The notes under the pieces are model-generated. The model worked only from the letters and a program-made list of their open reading frames with translations, ran no database searches and was not told where the DNA came from. Position numbers and translations under genes: made by a program. A DNA stretch of 60,052 nucleotides, counting the filler, from Ionaspis alba (taxonomy: Eukaryota), in NCBI GenBank assembly GCA_964255285.1. It is 3 parts of 3 records of this genome, joined end to end, with 100 filler letters (N's around TTAATTAATTAA, not from the genome) between each part and the next. Parts side by side here need not be neighbours in the genome. Positions count along the whole stretch, not along the records: positions 1 to 20,047 come from CAXUUL010000251.1; positions 20,148 to 40,053 come from CAXUUL010000252.1; 1 more part is not named here. The stretch is one strand, 5' to 3'. Of this stretch, positions 14,040 to 28,365 are shown piece by piece (the first letter of the stretch is position 1; each line of letters begins with the position of its first letter).

Positions 14040-14719
14040 ATGCTTTTCCATCCTCTTCTCCTCGTCGTCCTACTAGGAGTGACCGCCTCCTCAGCGCCGA
14101 CAACTCCACCTTCGCCGCCTCCATCCACTGTCTTCAACTCAAATGTAAGTTTTCAAATCCACAACGATTGCAGTGGTCACTTAGGGACCAACCACTCTTC
14201 CCACAGTTCGACGATCTTGTTGGCAACCCCGCTGTAGCTGTGCTCCAACCCGTCCCAACTCCCTACAACCTTCTCGCTTATCCCGGATGGAACGTCCGTC
14301 CCAACGGAGCTTCTATACTCAGAGCCCACAGTCCTCAGAACGCCATTACCGCACTTATCCCCCTGACCGTCGTGAACGGCCCACCAACCATAACGTCTAA
14401 CTACACCGGCTCTCGGGTGGCCTACTTCGACTTGCTCTCCACATACATCGGGTGCGTGGTATCCTCTGGTGCCTCTCTGGGCGTGCCGCAGGCTTGCAAT
14501 CTCCAGTTCACCGGAACGACCGTCGATGGGAAGTCGGTGTTTAAGTTGTGCCAGTACAGTGGTACATTGACGAGCCCTGCAATGCAGCTGTGTACTTTTC
14601 CTGCGGAGTTTGCGAAGCTCAAGGTTGTGACGGTGATACCGACGAACGCGCAGACGACGACCACGACGTTGGCGATGCTTTTGGATAATGTGGTCAACAC
14701 GGTGCATTTGTTGGCTTGA
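14040..14719 (+). CDS. Small secreted protein (~205 aa) of unknown function
   Basis: Signal peptide MLFHPLLLVVLLGVTASS, Pro-rich linker, in-frame intron 14145-14206 (gtaagt...ccacag), then a beta-rich domain starting FDDL with 4 Cys. Confidence 0.8.
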
Positions 14720-14753
14720 GGGGAAAGGTACTGTTGCAAGATTGCGAAGTCGG

Positions 14754-14853
14754 NNNNNNNNNNNNNNNNNNNNNNNNNNNNNNNNNNNNNNNNNNNNNNN
14801 NNNNNNNNNNNNNNNNNNNNNNNNNNNNNNNNNNNNNNNNNNNNNNNNNNNNN
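14754..14853. other. Assembly gap (100 N) with the same 21-mer on both sides
   Basis: gttgcaagattgcgaagtcgg at 14733-14753 and 14854-14874. Confidence 0.95.
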
Positions 14854-15916
14854 GTTGCAAGATTGCGAAGTCGGGGTTTGAGATCGAGGCTCTTGGAGAT
14901 GTTTTGTCTATTGAATTTGTCGTTCTTTTTGGAAATTGAAGGCGGACGGGAGTGCGTGACGAATCCTATGAGGAGCGAGTAATCGGTGTGGTCGTTGCTG
15001 CGCTTCGATATTTGAGCTGCCAGTGTCAAGTAGCTTGGAACTGTCATACTTGGGTCAATAAATTTCCGCTCACTCTCATGACCGTTACCTAGTTGTTGGT
15101 ATCGACTTGAAATGTTGAGCCTAGGACCAGCTGTTTCTGGAGACGAGATTTGTATTTCCAGTCTCAGACCACGTATTCTTCATAATAATAATCCTTGGCA
15201 CATAAGGGCACCAGGAGCTACACGCCTCAGGTGAGGGTGAGGGTCCGTTTCGTAGAATTACTGGACAATGCGTGACAAATCGTTGCTGCAAGAACAAAAT
15301 ATACTACAGAAGCGAAACCTGAGGATCGCAGATTGCTGGCTCTGTGATCTAAGGCAGCTCTTTACCACTGTCAAGCTTGCTGCTATCTCTGTTTTAGAGA
15401 AGCAGCTTTAATTTCCAATGATAACGTTGGGCCATAGAAATTCACAGGCATGAAAGTCTCTTCAACGAGATCGATAAGCAGTAAATGAAGAGAATATAAG
15501 ACTATTAGGCAGGTTGCTTCTGCACCTCTACCGGCGAGACATCAAGCTTCTCCAGCGACATAAAAGCGGTATCCGTAGAACAAATCACGTAAGGAAATGT
15601 AGAGAGTGAAAACGGCCATCGAAGGACCGGGAATCGCGATAACTCATGAGAGTCTGGTCGCAGCATGCTGGAGGGTGCAGACATGTTTGTAGCACGAGTT
15701 TGGAGGTTTGGGAGATGGAGACTAGCGCCGAAGCTAACCCTGGACGACGTCACATGGATGTCTCTTCCACAAAGGCGTTTAACACGATCAGCTATTGCTG
15801 TGATATCGCCCATTCTATCTAGTTCGGATATTCTATCTGATCGGCACCATGTCAGCTCGCCCCGGAGGTCTCCTCTCATTTGAAGCATTCAATGTTTTGC
15901 TCTTCTGGAGACTACA

Positions 15917-17274
15917 ATGACTTTCCCTAGGAATTCCTTGCGTGCATTTTTGACCCATGCAAAATCTAAGCTCCAATTGGCTCTCAAACAGCAACACAAA
16001 GTGACGCTCGTCGTTGGTAACGAATCAGCAGGTACGTAAGCTGTGGACTGCTAAAGACTACCCATAGCTGACCCTTTCCAGATCTTGATTCCCTCACTTC
16101 GTCACTGCTGTACGCCTATATCAGATCCCAGGTCCCGCCTCCTAATGCCTTTACGCCGCTCTATATTCCTCTCCTCAACATTCCCGCTGGGGATATAGGA
16201 CTTCGGCCTGAGTTCGAAGCTCTATTTCATCATGCGAACATCACCGCCTCTCATCTCATCACCCTAGATGACCTTCCAGTGCACGATAATATTGGGGAGC
16301 ACCTCAAGCCTGAAGACAGTTCCTGGATACTCGTGGACCACAACAAGCTCCAAGGGACGCTTGGTGCAGTATACGGATCCTGTGTGCATGGGGTCATTGA
16401 TCACCATGACGAAGAGAATGCTGTTCCGAAGGACACCGATCCAGAACCCAGGGTGATCGAGAAGTGTGGATCGTGCACTAGCTTGGTGGTCAGATATCTA
16501 CGATCGTCATGGGATGCGATGTCGAGCTCGTCCTTGTCCTCGGGTGTTGGCCACGCACAGGGTGATTCGCTTGTCGATGACGGAGTTGTGAGTCGGGTTT
16601 GGGATGCTCAAGCTGGCAAAATGGCACTTGCCAGTATCTTGGTTGATACAAGAAACCTGACGGACGAAAACAAGGTAACGAAAGTGGACCATGAGGCTGT
16701 GGCATACTTGACCTCGAAGATCAAGCTGTCGCCAAAGGAAGCGTGCACATGGGATCAAGCTGAATACTTCAAGGCTATCGACGGCGCTAAGGGAAACATT
16801 GACAGTCTATCCTTGGCGAACATCCTTAGAAAGGACTACAAGGAGTGGCGAGAAGGGGATCTCAAGCTAGGTATCAGTTCCGTGGTCAAACCTCTGAGTT
16901 TTTTGGCCTCGAAGGCGCATATTGAGCACAGCGGGAAGAAAGCAGAGGCAGCATTCGACACAGCTATCAGAACCTTTGCAGAAGACAGAGACTTGAATGT
17001 ATTTGCTATCATGACTACCTCCACGTCGTCCAAAGGAGAGTTCCAAAGAGAGCTACTTCTGGAGAGCAACGACCGTGGCAATCAAGCTGCTGCAAGATTT
17101 GAAAATCAAGCCTCGAAAGAACTCGGTCTGGAACATATGGCAATCTCTGAGATTCAAGACTCCGACAAAGCATTCGACGGCCGTTCATGGCGAAGAGTGT
17201 GGCGTCAAAAAGAAGTCGGCAAGAGCAGGAAACAAGTCGCTCCCTTACTAAGGAAAGCTATGCGAAGTGATTGA
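15917..17274 (+). CDS. PPX1: Exopolyphosphatase (DHH/DHHA2 family, Prune-like)
   Basis: GNESADLDS formed across intron 16032-16081; LVDHN, IDHH, CGSCTSL, LRKDYKEW and terminal SRKQVAPLLR. Confidence 0.92.
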
Positions 17275-20047
17275 GGTGTCACGTTGCTCGCGTGCTAAGG
17301 TGATATGGATTGAAGCCACTAAGACGTCCAGCGGCTCTCGGCGTACTGGCTAGGAGTGCGCTGAAGCATTGGAATGGTTTTGAGCCGATAATAGGGAGCC
17401 AAGAAACCCTCAGTCCACCGCGATCTGGAATTTCCGAGGCATGCTCTGCATCTTGGTCCGGGTCTCGCACTTGGTACAGACCACATTACCATTTGTGACC
17501 AACGCAGGTCAGAGATTCGAGATAGACACCAACAAAGAGCCAACAGAGGTCGTCTCCGCTACCTAGAGTGTCCTACATACTTGCTGGAAAGCTATGGTCA
17601 TGGCCCGGTTTTAGAGAGACTATCGCGCAAGGAAGTAGCAGCCCGTGATTGACCGTCAACCGGTAATGAAACTCGTTCTGTGATATTGGAGGAGCATCAT
17701 TGTCCTGTTCGCTGATATCTTTCCACTCGGCATGCTCCATGATCACCACATCTCAACTGTTATAAGTGAGAAGTGCAAGGGTTGCCACTTTCTATTCCCA
17801 ATTTTAAAACAAAGCGACGTGCCCGGCGGCCTATTAAAATCGCGTACGAGTGCTAGTCAGAATCATGCGTAATGATTCGTCGGTTTACTGGCTCCCTGGC
17901 TCAGACGATCTCAAGGAAACTTCACGATATGATCTTTGGCATGTTACGGACGATGTCATCATGAACCACACCAGTTTTGGCCACCGCATACCCTCAATGA
18001 CCCAGTACCTTAGCTCATCTATGAGAAAGCTAATATCATCACCAAATGAAGGATCCCTAGCAAGGTTTTAAGGATACTTGGAACAATCTTTGCGTCGTGC
18101 AAACAGCACAGGGTGTATGAAACGAACGCAGTATTGAGAGCGCATCCAAATGACAGGAAGATGCAATTCAACGAACAAGGCAGAACCCTACATGTAGCGA
18201 TGCCCAGGAGATCATCTGAAATTGGCGTTATGGATGTCCAATCGATTGATCAGGGTCTGCCGCCAACGCGGCTCAGCCATGCATAACTTCCTTGCTCCAC
18301 CCTAAGTAGGCTGTAAAGCTAGGTGCTCTCAGCAGGGGAAGATTGCCGCCCGCTAAGGTTTGGCTAACGTCTTGGAGCATGAGGGTATTTGTGGATTCTG
18401 TCTAGTTCGTAAGTGGGTAGGGACGGTCGTCTCTTGTGGCGATCGACGGTGCCGACACTACGGCAGTCCTCACACGTTCAGCAAAAAGCGTCACGAAGCT
18501 CGACCGACGAGCTGAGATTTCGTTGGAACAAGGAAAGGGCATGCGGTGGTTCTAGTCACCGTGACCTCCGAAACTTCGTCTGATGGACTTGTTTTCTAAG
18601 AACAGATCTGCGCTGGGCGGTAACAGAAATTAGGGGCGGCTACGCTTAGCGCGACGGATTCGGTTGTTGGGTTTGCTGCATGCGGCGTTTAGAAATAGTT
18701 CGAAGTCAGTCGCAAACCAACAAATCACAGCGAGTATGGTTTCGAGCAACAGCATTCCTTCGCCCAAATTGCCTAAAGGTATAATAATGAGAAATTAGCA
18801 TTACCTTCACGAAATATGATATCTAGACTCATTATCACTCACGGTACGAAAGTACTCGTAAAGCACGTCGGGTTCATGCCAAGACGGAAGACCCGATGAT
18901 CACCCGGCTTCCAAAATGTATCGATTCTACAATTCTCAGACCATTCGTTGCCTTCGTATCGCGGTCAGCACTTTAGAAACCATTTCCTGCCTTCTAGCCA
19001 CTGCCGTACTCTGGATCACCGTTTTCACCGCCCGCCGTCTGCACCACGACTTGCATTTTCCCAGCATCCCCAGAGAGCTGCTCTACAACTTTGGCGTAGT
19101 ACGTAACCACGACCCGTTCCCCCTTGCGAACTGCTCAGAGATTAACCACCTCCGCACCAGGCACTTCTATCAAAGCTCTTCCTTCTCTTCTCCATCCTCG
19201 TCGATCTGCTTCGCTTCCATCACTGGACGCAACCTCACTGGCTGCGCCCCTTCTTAGCTCTCTTCTTCTCCCTTCTCTGGCACAGCGCTCTTAAGTCATC
19301 GACGCCTAGCTGCGACTCCCTGTGCTCCGCCACGCATTTTAGTAGAGGTCTGATCAGATCCCCGTCGCTGTGCTGCGATTGCGCTGGCCCGATCTCACTG
19401 ACCTGCGAGGTCGTGAAGCCAAGTGGCAATGGGATGCCGGTGATTTGGTGGGAGGAAAAGTGGCCGCTGCATGAGCTTGTGCAGGGGATGAGTGCGTTAA
19501 TGATGTGAGTCTCTCGGCTTTCTTGATACCCTCTCGCGCGGATTGCTGATTGGATGACTAGAGTGCTGTTTCTTGTGTCAGCTGGGGTGCTGGCTTCGTT
19601 GAGTTGGATAAGGGAGCCTGCGATGGAGATTGTACCAGCATGGATGGCCGTGGTTTTGGGTGAGAAGGCGACAATACTGTCTGCAGCACGGAGACCTTCG
19701 GACACGAAACATGGCAGGGAAGGAAAAGGAAAAAAACCTTGTGCGAGTGATGACAATCCTTCGTTTCCTTGGAGCAATGTATGGACTGAGGAACTGTTGT
19801 AGTGAGAAGTAGACTGTCAATGTCGATTGGGTGAAACCAACGACGACTTCGCCAACAGATAAAAGTATGTTCTCATGACAGCCGCACTTGGAGACTCATT
19901 TCAGCTTTACTTGCAAATACATCAATAGTACCAACAACACGAAGCCGCCGAAGAAGCAAAAAAGTCAATTATCTAGCGAACAAGCAACTCATTATTCCAC
20001 CCAACCTGCACAACCACAATCCCCAAGCCAGGTCGTCTATAGTACAA

Positions 20048-20147
20048 NNNNNNNNNNNNNNNNNNNNNNNNNNNNNNNNNNNNNNNNNNNNTTAATTAAT
20101 TAANNNNNNNNNNNNNNNNNNNNNNNNNNNNNNNNNNNNNNNNNNNN
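20048..20147. other. Artificial contig linker N44-TTAATTAATTAA-N44
   Basis: Palindromic 12-mer with stops in all six frames at 20092-20103, inside Ns; an identical construct lies at 40054-40153. Confidence 0.97.
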
Positions 20148-21297
20148 CTGTGGGGAAGTTTTAATACTTGGTTTCATGCCTCGGCTTGGAGCCCAACATT
20201 TGTTGTCGGCATACCCATAAACCCTGACCCGACATTCCGTCGTGTTTAGCTCGGCATGATAGATACGTAAATCCTATTCTCCACTTCAGAAGATTACGCT
20301 CAGCGCCATGCCAACTGCACGATGCTCGCTACCATCATCATCTGGTTCTTGGTCCGAGCTAACATCTAATATCTCGAAGGACACCTCGCAGGCTAATTTC
20401 CTCTTAATAACTCTTGGATATATACGCGATCGGTGTGGCATCCCTCCCAAAGTGCCAGTGCTATATACCAATTTACTCCGAGCTCCAAGACAGGTTCTTA
20501 GGCTGGGATGTCATTCAAGGGTTCTAAGAGCTACTTACAGCGCAAGACGATATCTTATACTTCGGCCTGTGCTTCGATTTCTTGTTTTTGTGCAATATTT
20601 TCAATCGGTCTTTGCAACATTCGCGATTGCTGCATCGGGGGTACCCAGGAAGACGGTGATATCATTGATGGGGATGTTCGGGTTAGCCTTTTTTTCAAAC
20701 CTCTCTTTGTCATAGGTCTACGCTCTGCCAGTCTGGAGACTTTCTCACCTCCGCAAGAACCAAGGTACGGGTTGAGGGAGGCTAGATAGGTGAGCAAACG
20801 GAGACCAGATTCCATTGCAAGCTCGATTGCTTTTACTCAGTAGCCAGCATCTGGAAGACATACCTGAGGCTTTCCAAACGTTTCTCTCAGATGGCACCAT
20901 GAATCGAGTAATTAGTTTCTATCAAAAATAGAGTTCTGTGGAATTTCGTCACTAATATCCTGTACTTGTGTAGTTGAAATTTTTTTTGGGACAAGATCAG
21001 GATCGTCCAGGAGTCGATCGAAAAACATTTGATGCAGTGCATTGGGCCTGAACAGAAAGACTTGTATTTAAGAAACGAGTGGTCAAGGCTACTGTTCACA
21101 CGATACAGGTACTGGTATGACGAAAAATTGTACGGAATCAAAGTTACACGAGGGAGTACAAGAATGTAGGAATGGAAGAGTGGACTGGCAACACGACTAG
21201 GCTGCGGTTCGAATTCGGGTCAAGTTGTGCCCGACTCCTCATCGACAACTCATTGTAGAGTAGTGTTTAGTTCTAATTGTGCAAGACACAAACAGTC

Positions 21298-22246
21298 TCA
21301 ATTAGTGGGTAATCTACTCACAACCTCAGACATCTCTGCATCACTATAAATTCGAAAACCCTTGTCTTGTGTGACACTCGCTAGTTGCACGTTCTTCGAA
21401 TCCAGCTTCTCCTCCATCACTTGCTTCAGCGTTTTCAATACCATCGTCTCTGCTTCCTGGAGCGTGAGAGACCTATGGAACTCGTTTTGCAATTCGGCTT
21501 GAGCGCCTTCTGACCCTGATCCGATCGCTTTCGCATCGTACCTGTAGAATGTGCCCGATGGTTCAGCATGGAACCTAAGCAAGATTAGTGTACTCTTGAG
21601 CTAAGCCCACGTCGGCCGTTTGAGACATACAGCTGTGGCCCGTCCTCGTCAATCCCTGCTATGAGGAGTGCCACGCCAAAAGGACGACTCATGATGCTTT
21701 CCTCACCATCGGCTCCCTCGCCGAATCTAAGTGCTAGATCACATATAGCCTGGGTGCAGCTCTCGACTTTCAGAGGCTCATTATAGTGGAAAGCATGGTT
21801 CTGGCTCTCCACTCGCGCATGTTCCACCATGGATCTTGCGTCAGCCTGCAGGCCAGACATGGCGCACCCGATATGCCGATCTATCTCAACAATCTTTTCT
21901 ACGCTTGAGGTCTCTAGTAGGGTAGATGTGACACGTTTCTCGACGCCTAGGATAACACCTTCGCCAGTGGATACCTGTCATTCGTGAGCATGGCAGTCAA
22001 GAGATAGAGTGAAATGCGTACTCCTATGGCCGTAGATCCAAGTTTGATAGCTTCGAGGGAATATTCGACCTGAAATAGGCGGCCCTCCGGTGAGAAGGTA
22101 CTATGACAGATACCTTTAGCTCCATGATTATGCTGAGATAGGCAGAAGGTCTCACTTGATTCCGCGATCTACCCAAATTAGTACATGGGTCAAGCTCCGT
22201 ATAGATATAACCACAGCTCACCATATTCTGACCTAGCAATGAACAT
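21298..22246 (-). CDS. PUP2: 20S proteasome subunit alpha-5, 5 exons
   Basis: Spliced [39 protein letters not shown]...[13 protein letters not shown]...[12 protein letters not shown]...LKQVMEEKL. Exons 22246-22222, 22168-22156, 22100-22022, 21974-~21631, ~21574-21298. Confidence 0.96.
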
Positions 22247-22584
22247 CTCGACGTTGCGGATGTCGGAGAATCAGGTTATGACCAGTATGGAAGCTGGCTT
22301 TGACTTGTTCTGGGTTGAAAAAAGTATAGCTAGCTCGGAAGTGCTTAAGGGTAGAGGGAATAGGCTATGACCGCAAGCTCTGTCCTCTAGGTAAATTGAG
22401 ATGGGGTCTACGCAACGGCCAAAACGAGCTCCAATCCCGGGCCTTGGCATCTCGCTTCAAACATTCACGTCGCGTCACCCAGCGCTACTGGTTGCGCCTC
22501 GACAATGTTTGAAGTCTACCATATTGCGAGATTGTGACAGAAAATAAATGAAAGGAAGAAAGTTCAACTCGCTGGAGCTCTGCC

Positions 22585-25445
22585 ATGTTAACCTCGGACG
22601 CTACTCGAGGACCCTCGAGACGAACCACGGCAACTACTGGTGCAAGACCCCGCGTTCCCTCCTCACGCATCGAGAACACAGAGTATCTGGATTCTACTGG
22701 AGAAGTACGGCCGCAAGACTCCGCCAGTAACGCGCCTCATCGAAGGACTACTTCGGGAGCTCAGAAGGCGACCGGCTCTTATCGTTCTTCCCAAGAGCGA
22801 CGGGCAGAACGCTCCAACGTTACGGTCAAGGACACAGTCCAAATACGCACCAGAAGTCCTATAAAAGCCATTGTTGGTCATGGCGCACCAGACCAATCTC
22901 CTCCACCCAAACACATCCCAAGAGCGACTGGTCACTATGCCTCGCAAAGAGATCCTGGTGCACAAGAGAAGGAGAAGAAGGTCTTGCGTAAGATCAATAT
23001 ATCATTTTAGTAGCGAGCATCGCTGACTGTTGGACCAAAGACCCGTGGATTCCTGAGGCTTCATTGGTACCTCACACCACGGCACCGCTTGCCAATCGCA
23101 TTTCTCGCCCCCCTCTAGCTTTCCTGCTGCCGGAAGCCCTGGAACCCGTTCCCTTGGGTAGACTCTCTACTGACATGCAGGAGAAAGCAATACTGGATGA
23201 TCTTCTGTTTACTTTTATGGGATTTGAAGGACAATATATCCGCTTCAGTGACAGTTACGACCCTTCGATTGAAAAGCAACGCCTAGCTGGTCCAGGGTAC
23301 AAAATCCTGCCTGGACTAGATCCCAGCCTTCGAGATCTTACAAGTGCAATGCTCGATATGGCAACACATTACAATGCAGTGGAGACTTTTGTCGAGATAC
23401 AAAGCCAGGAAGATTTTGGCACAATCAATCACGCCTTGTGCGCTTCGATACGAAAGTTGTTGAAGGAGTACCTTGTGCTAGTAGCGCAAATGGAGCATCA
23501 GCTTCTCACAAACACTGCGTTCACCCTTCACGTTCTTCATCTCCACGTTATGCCTACCAGTAATATATTACTTCAGCTCTACACGCTTGCTCAAGAAATG
23601 CTACGGAAGAATTCAATGCTAGAGGACGACTTGGATCTCGTGGATGATTTTGACGACGTAGAAAACATTCTCGAGCAATTAAGGGAAGGTGGCGAACTTG
23701 CTCCGGGAGGCATGTCCAGAAAGATCTGCAAGGGCGGCAACGTCCTTCGCCTGCTTACAGAAAGACTCTCATATATGTCCGGGGACCCTGCGGCAAGAGA
23801 ACTCCTTCAAGGACTGCTGAGAGATGCTAGTCGACCGTACATGTCTATGCTCAACGAGTGGCTCCATCACGGTGGGATCAAAGATCCCCATGCTGAGTTC
23901 CTAATCAAGGAGCAGAAGAGCATCAAGAGAGACCGACTTGAAGAAGATTATACTGATGAATATTGGGAGAAGAGGTATACGATCCGCGAGCAAGATATTC
24001 CGCCACAACTCGAGGGTGTGAAGGAAAAGGTGCTCCTTGCCGGGAAATATCTCAATGTTGTAAGAGAGTGTGGGGGCGTGGATATCAGTACAGAGGTCAA
24101 AGACGTCCCAAAATCATTTAATGACCCACAGTTCCTCAACAATGTAACAGCAGCTTATGCGCATGCGAACTCTTCTCTACTTAAATTGCTTCTGACTACT
24201 CATGCCCTTCCAGCTCGACTTCGGTCCATGAAGCACTATTTCTTCCTCGATCGGTCGGATTTCTTCTCATATTTCCTCTACCTAAGCAATTCGGAGCTCA
24301 AGAAGTCAGTCAAAGACGTCAACGTCGGAAAATTACAGTCACTGTTAGACCTTGTACTTCGACAACCTGGAAGTGTAGCCGCTCAAGATCCGTTCAAGGA
24401 GGATGTCAAGATCCACATGAACGATCAGTACTTGACCAAATTTCTTATGGGCGTTGTGAATGTCCGAGGCTTCGATCAGGACGGGGATGAGAGCATGGAG
24501 CGACATCGGACGCCAGCAACGACGGCATCCGAGGACGATGGCAGAATGACAGGCTTTGAAGCGCTCGAATTCAAGTACTCGGTACCATTCCCACTTTCCC
24601 TCGTCATCAGCAGCAAGACCGTTGTACGCTATCAGATTTTGTTTCGATACCTCCTCTCTATGCGACACCTCGAAGGGCTGCTGGTTAATAGCTGGGAAGA
24701 CCACAATAAAGTAGTGTGCTGGACGCACAAAGCTGCGGATCGTAAGCTCGAGATGTGGAAAAGACGTGCATGGACACTTCGAGCTAGAATGCTCAATTTC
24801 GTCCAGCAGTTCATGTATTATTGCACCTCCGAAGTGGTGGAACCGAATTGGCATAATCTCATGACGAAAGTAAACGGAAACGAAAAGGACGGAAAGAGTG
24901 CTAGGGGTGGCGCACAGCCACAGGTCAATAGGACAGTGGATGAGCTGATGGAGGATCACGTGGACTTCCTGGATACTTGCTTGAAGGAGTGCATGTTGAT
25001 GAACTCAAAGCTATTGCGCGTAAATCTTCCTGGATCCCGTGTATACTGGAGTCCAGTGCTGACATTTCAATATCAGATCCACTCGAAGCTGATGTCCTGC
25101 TGCACCTTCTTCGCTGCATACACTTCCAGCTTTTCCCGAACTCTCTGCTCTGCAGACTCATCCCTTGCAGGTACCGCCCCTGCGCTGGAATACTTGAACA
25201 CTCTCTATCCATCTGCAAGGCATCCGATCCCGGAACGCTTCAAGACCTTTGATGAAGAGGGACTTAGCAAGATGGCTGATCTATTAGAGAAGTACGAGAC
25301 AAATTTCAACAGGCATCTCACAATGCTGCTGGATGCGCTCGACTATTATGCAGCGACGGAAACTGTGGCTTTGAGCAGGTTGTGTGCGCAATTAAGCATG
25401 GCTGGCGAGAAGGGTGGTGGGGATGAGGCGAGAGGATTACGATGA
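22585..25445 (+). CDS. SPC97: Gamma-tubulin complex component GCP2 (Spc97/Alp4)
   Basis: QEKAILDDLLFTFMGFEGQYI, DYTDEYWEKRY, LRSMKHYFFLD, YSVPFPLSLVIS, HVDFLDTCLKECML. Introns 22988-23040 and ~25020-25076. Confidence 0.92.
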
Positions 25446-25837
25446 GTTAGTACGATGTTTCGCACAGAAAGACTTGCAGTGCCAGTAACGTTCCAGAATT
25501 ACGAGTAAGCGCGAGGCGTTTGGTTGTACTGGAATAAGATGATACCCGGGCTTGGAGATCGGTCGGACACGGAGCATGGTCATGGAAAAGTAACGCATGA
25601 GGTCGTTCGAGTTTGATCGTGCTACGCATGGCTGCCATGATGAAGTTGTAGCTCAATGGGTACACCAACCAACACTACAAGCCTGCTTCTATTTTGCAAA
25701 ATGTTTCTAGAATAGCCATATACGCTAGGGTTGTACATTCGTACGCGCTGTGAAACTTTCATTCGGCATCTGTCGTGGCAGGATATCCTCGCAAAATGGA
25801 AACATAATCGATATGGTCTCCGGTGGAGAAAAATACG

Positions 25838-27181
<1,344 letters not shown>

Positions 27182-28365
27182 CTAAAGGTAACGTGACTGA
27201 TAGAGCATGCACCCACCCGAATCCAGCGAGTCTAGCGGGTCTCTTCCGGGGTGTTTGTCTGGAACTAGTGGGCTTAGTCCACCGGGGAAGTGGGTGACAA
27301 CATCAAGAACAGGGAGCACGGGGAGCACCTGTTTGTTGCTCGTGGAAAGGCTACGGAGTACTAGTGCCACTGGTTCACGCTGTTCAAGCAGATAATCATG
27401 CTCGGGCTAATGCTGCTGGCCCTATGCAGCCGCCGTCGTATCGTTTAATCGGAGCCTACCACTGTTTACTTTTTGCTATGTTCCCCTATCGATTGGTTGG
27501 GCAAGCTGTGCTGCTGCTATTGTGACGTCGGATTGAGTTACAAGGAGAAGGAGCGATATGGTTATCGGCAGGGAAAGAGCAGTGGTTGGCCTTGCTTGTT
27601 GGTGCTCAAATGCGCGATTGATTGTCTTCGTCACGTTTTGGCTCCATGTCCAATGAGCCACTCGACGAGAATATAGCTCACCGTACACACTTTCGGCACA
27701 GGTGCAAACCAGTCCAGTCGCTTTGCATGTCCTGTCCTGCGCAAAGAGAGTTGATTGAAAGCATGATGCCATTTGACTCCGTGCATACCGTGCGCTACTC
27801 AATCCTCTTACTAGTGCTCTGAAGCTTGATATCTCGCTACCAAACTGCTGGGACCGTTCTCTCACCTCTCTGCTCTTCTCCTTTCTTGCTTTCTCTCGAC
27901 CTTTGCAAACCCAACGCAAGCTCTTTCCAATCACAGATCTTATCCGTTGTAACGATTCGCCTGGTTTTGCATTTATACCAACATTGGTATGAAGCTTTTC
28001 ACTATCTAAGCGCTCAATGTTTTCTGCGCAGCTGCTTCACACATTGTCGCAGGATGCTTGCTGGCCCGAGTGGCCGGAGCAATGGAAGACCGCTTACTTG
28101 ATTATCCTGGCAATCCCCATGCCAATTATCTGATGCTCTTCGACCAGCATATTCTGACTCGAGTCCACAGTTGGAAGATAGCCCACCATTGCCTAGTTGG
28201 CGATACAGCGAACGTCGCTGGCAGATAAAACCGCACAGAGTGATCCTCGTATTGCAACGGGAGCAATACATACGACGACGAGATCCTTGAAAGCACCAAG
28301 ATGACTGGTCGCTACAACACATGGCTTTGGTCATCGGAAGGTTGCCTGGTGGGCGGCCACCCCCA

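Noticed and set aside
18916..19820. ORFs 19235..19777(-) and 18916..19257(+)
   Set aside because: No recognisable domain or convincing splice model; may be a decayed or orphan gene but cannot be supported.
20092..20103. TTAATTAATTAA as a biological motif (e.g. piggyBac TTAA site)
   Set aside because: Sits symmetrically inside Ns and recurs identically at 40098-40109; it is a synthetic linker.
21200..21230. GGTTCGAAT resembling a tRNA T-loop (similar motifs at ~5341 and ~32351)
   Set aside because: No T-stem, acceptor stem or D-arm could be formed.
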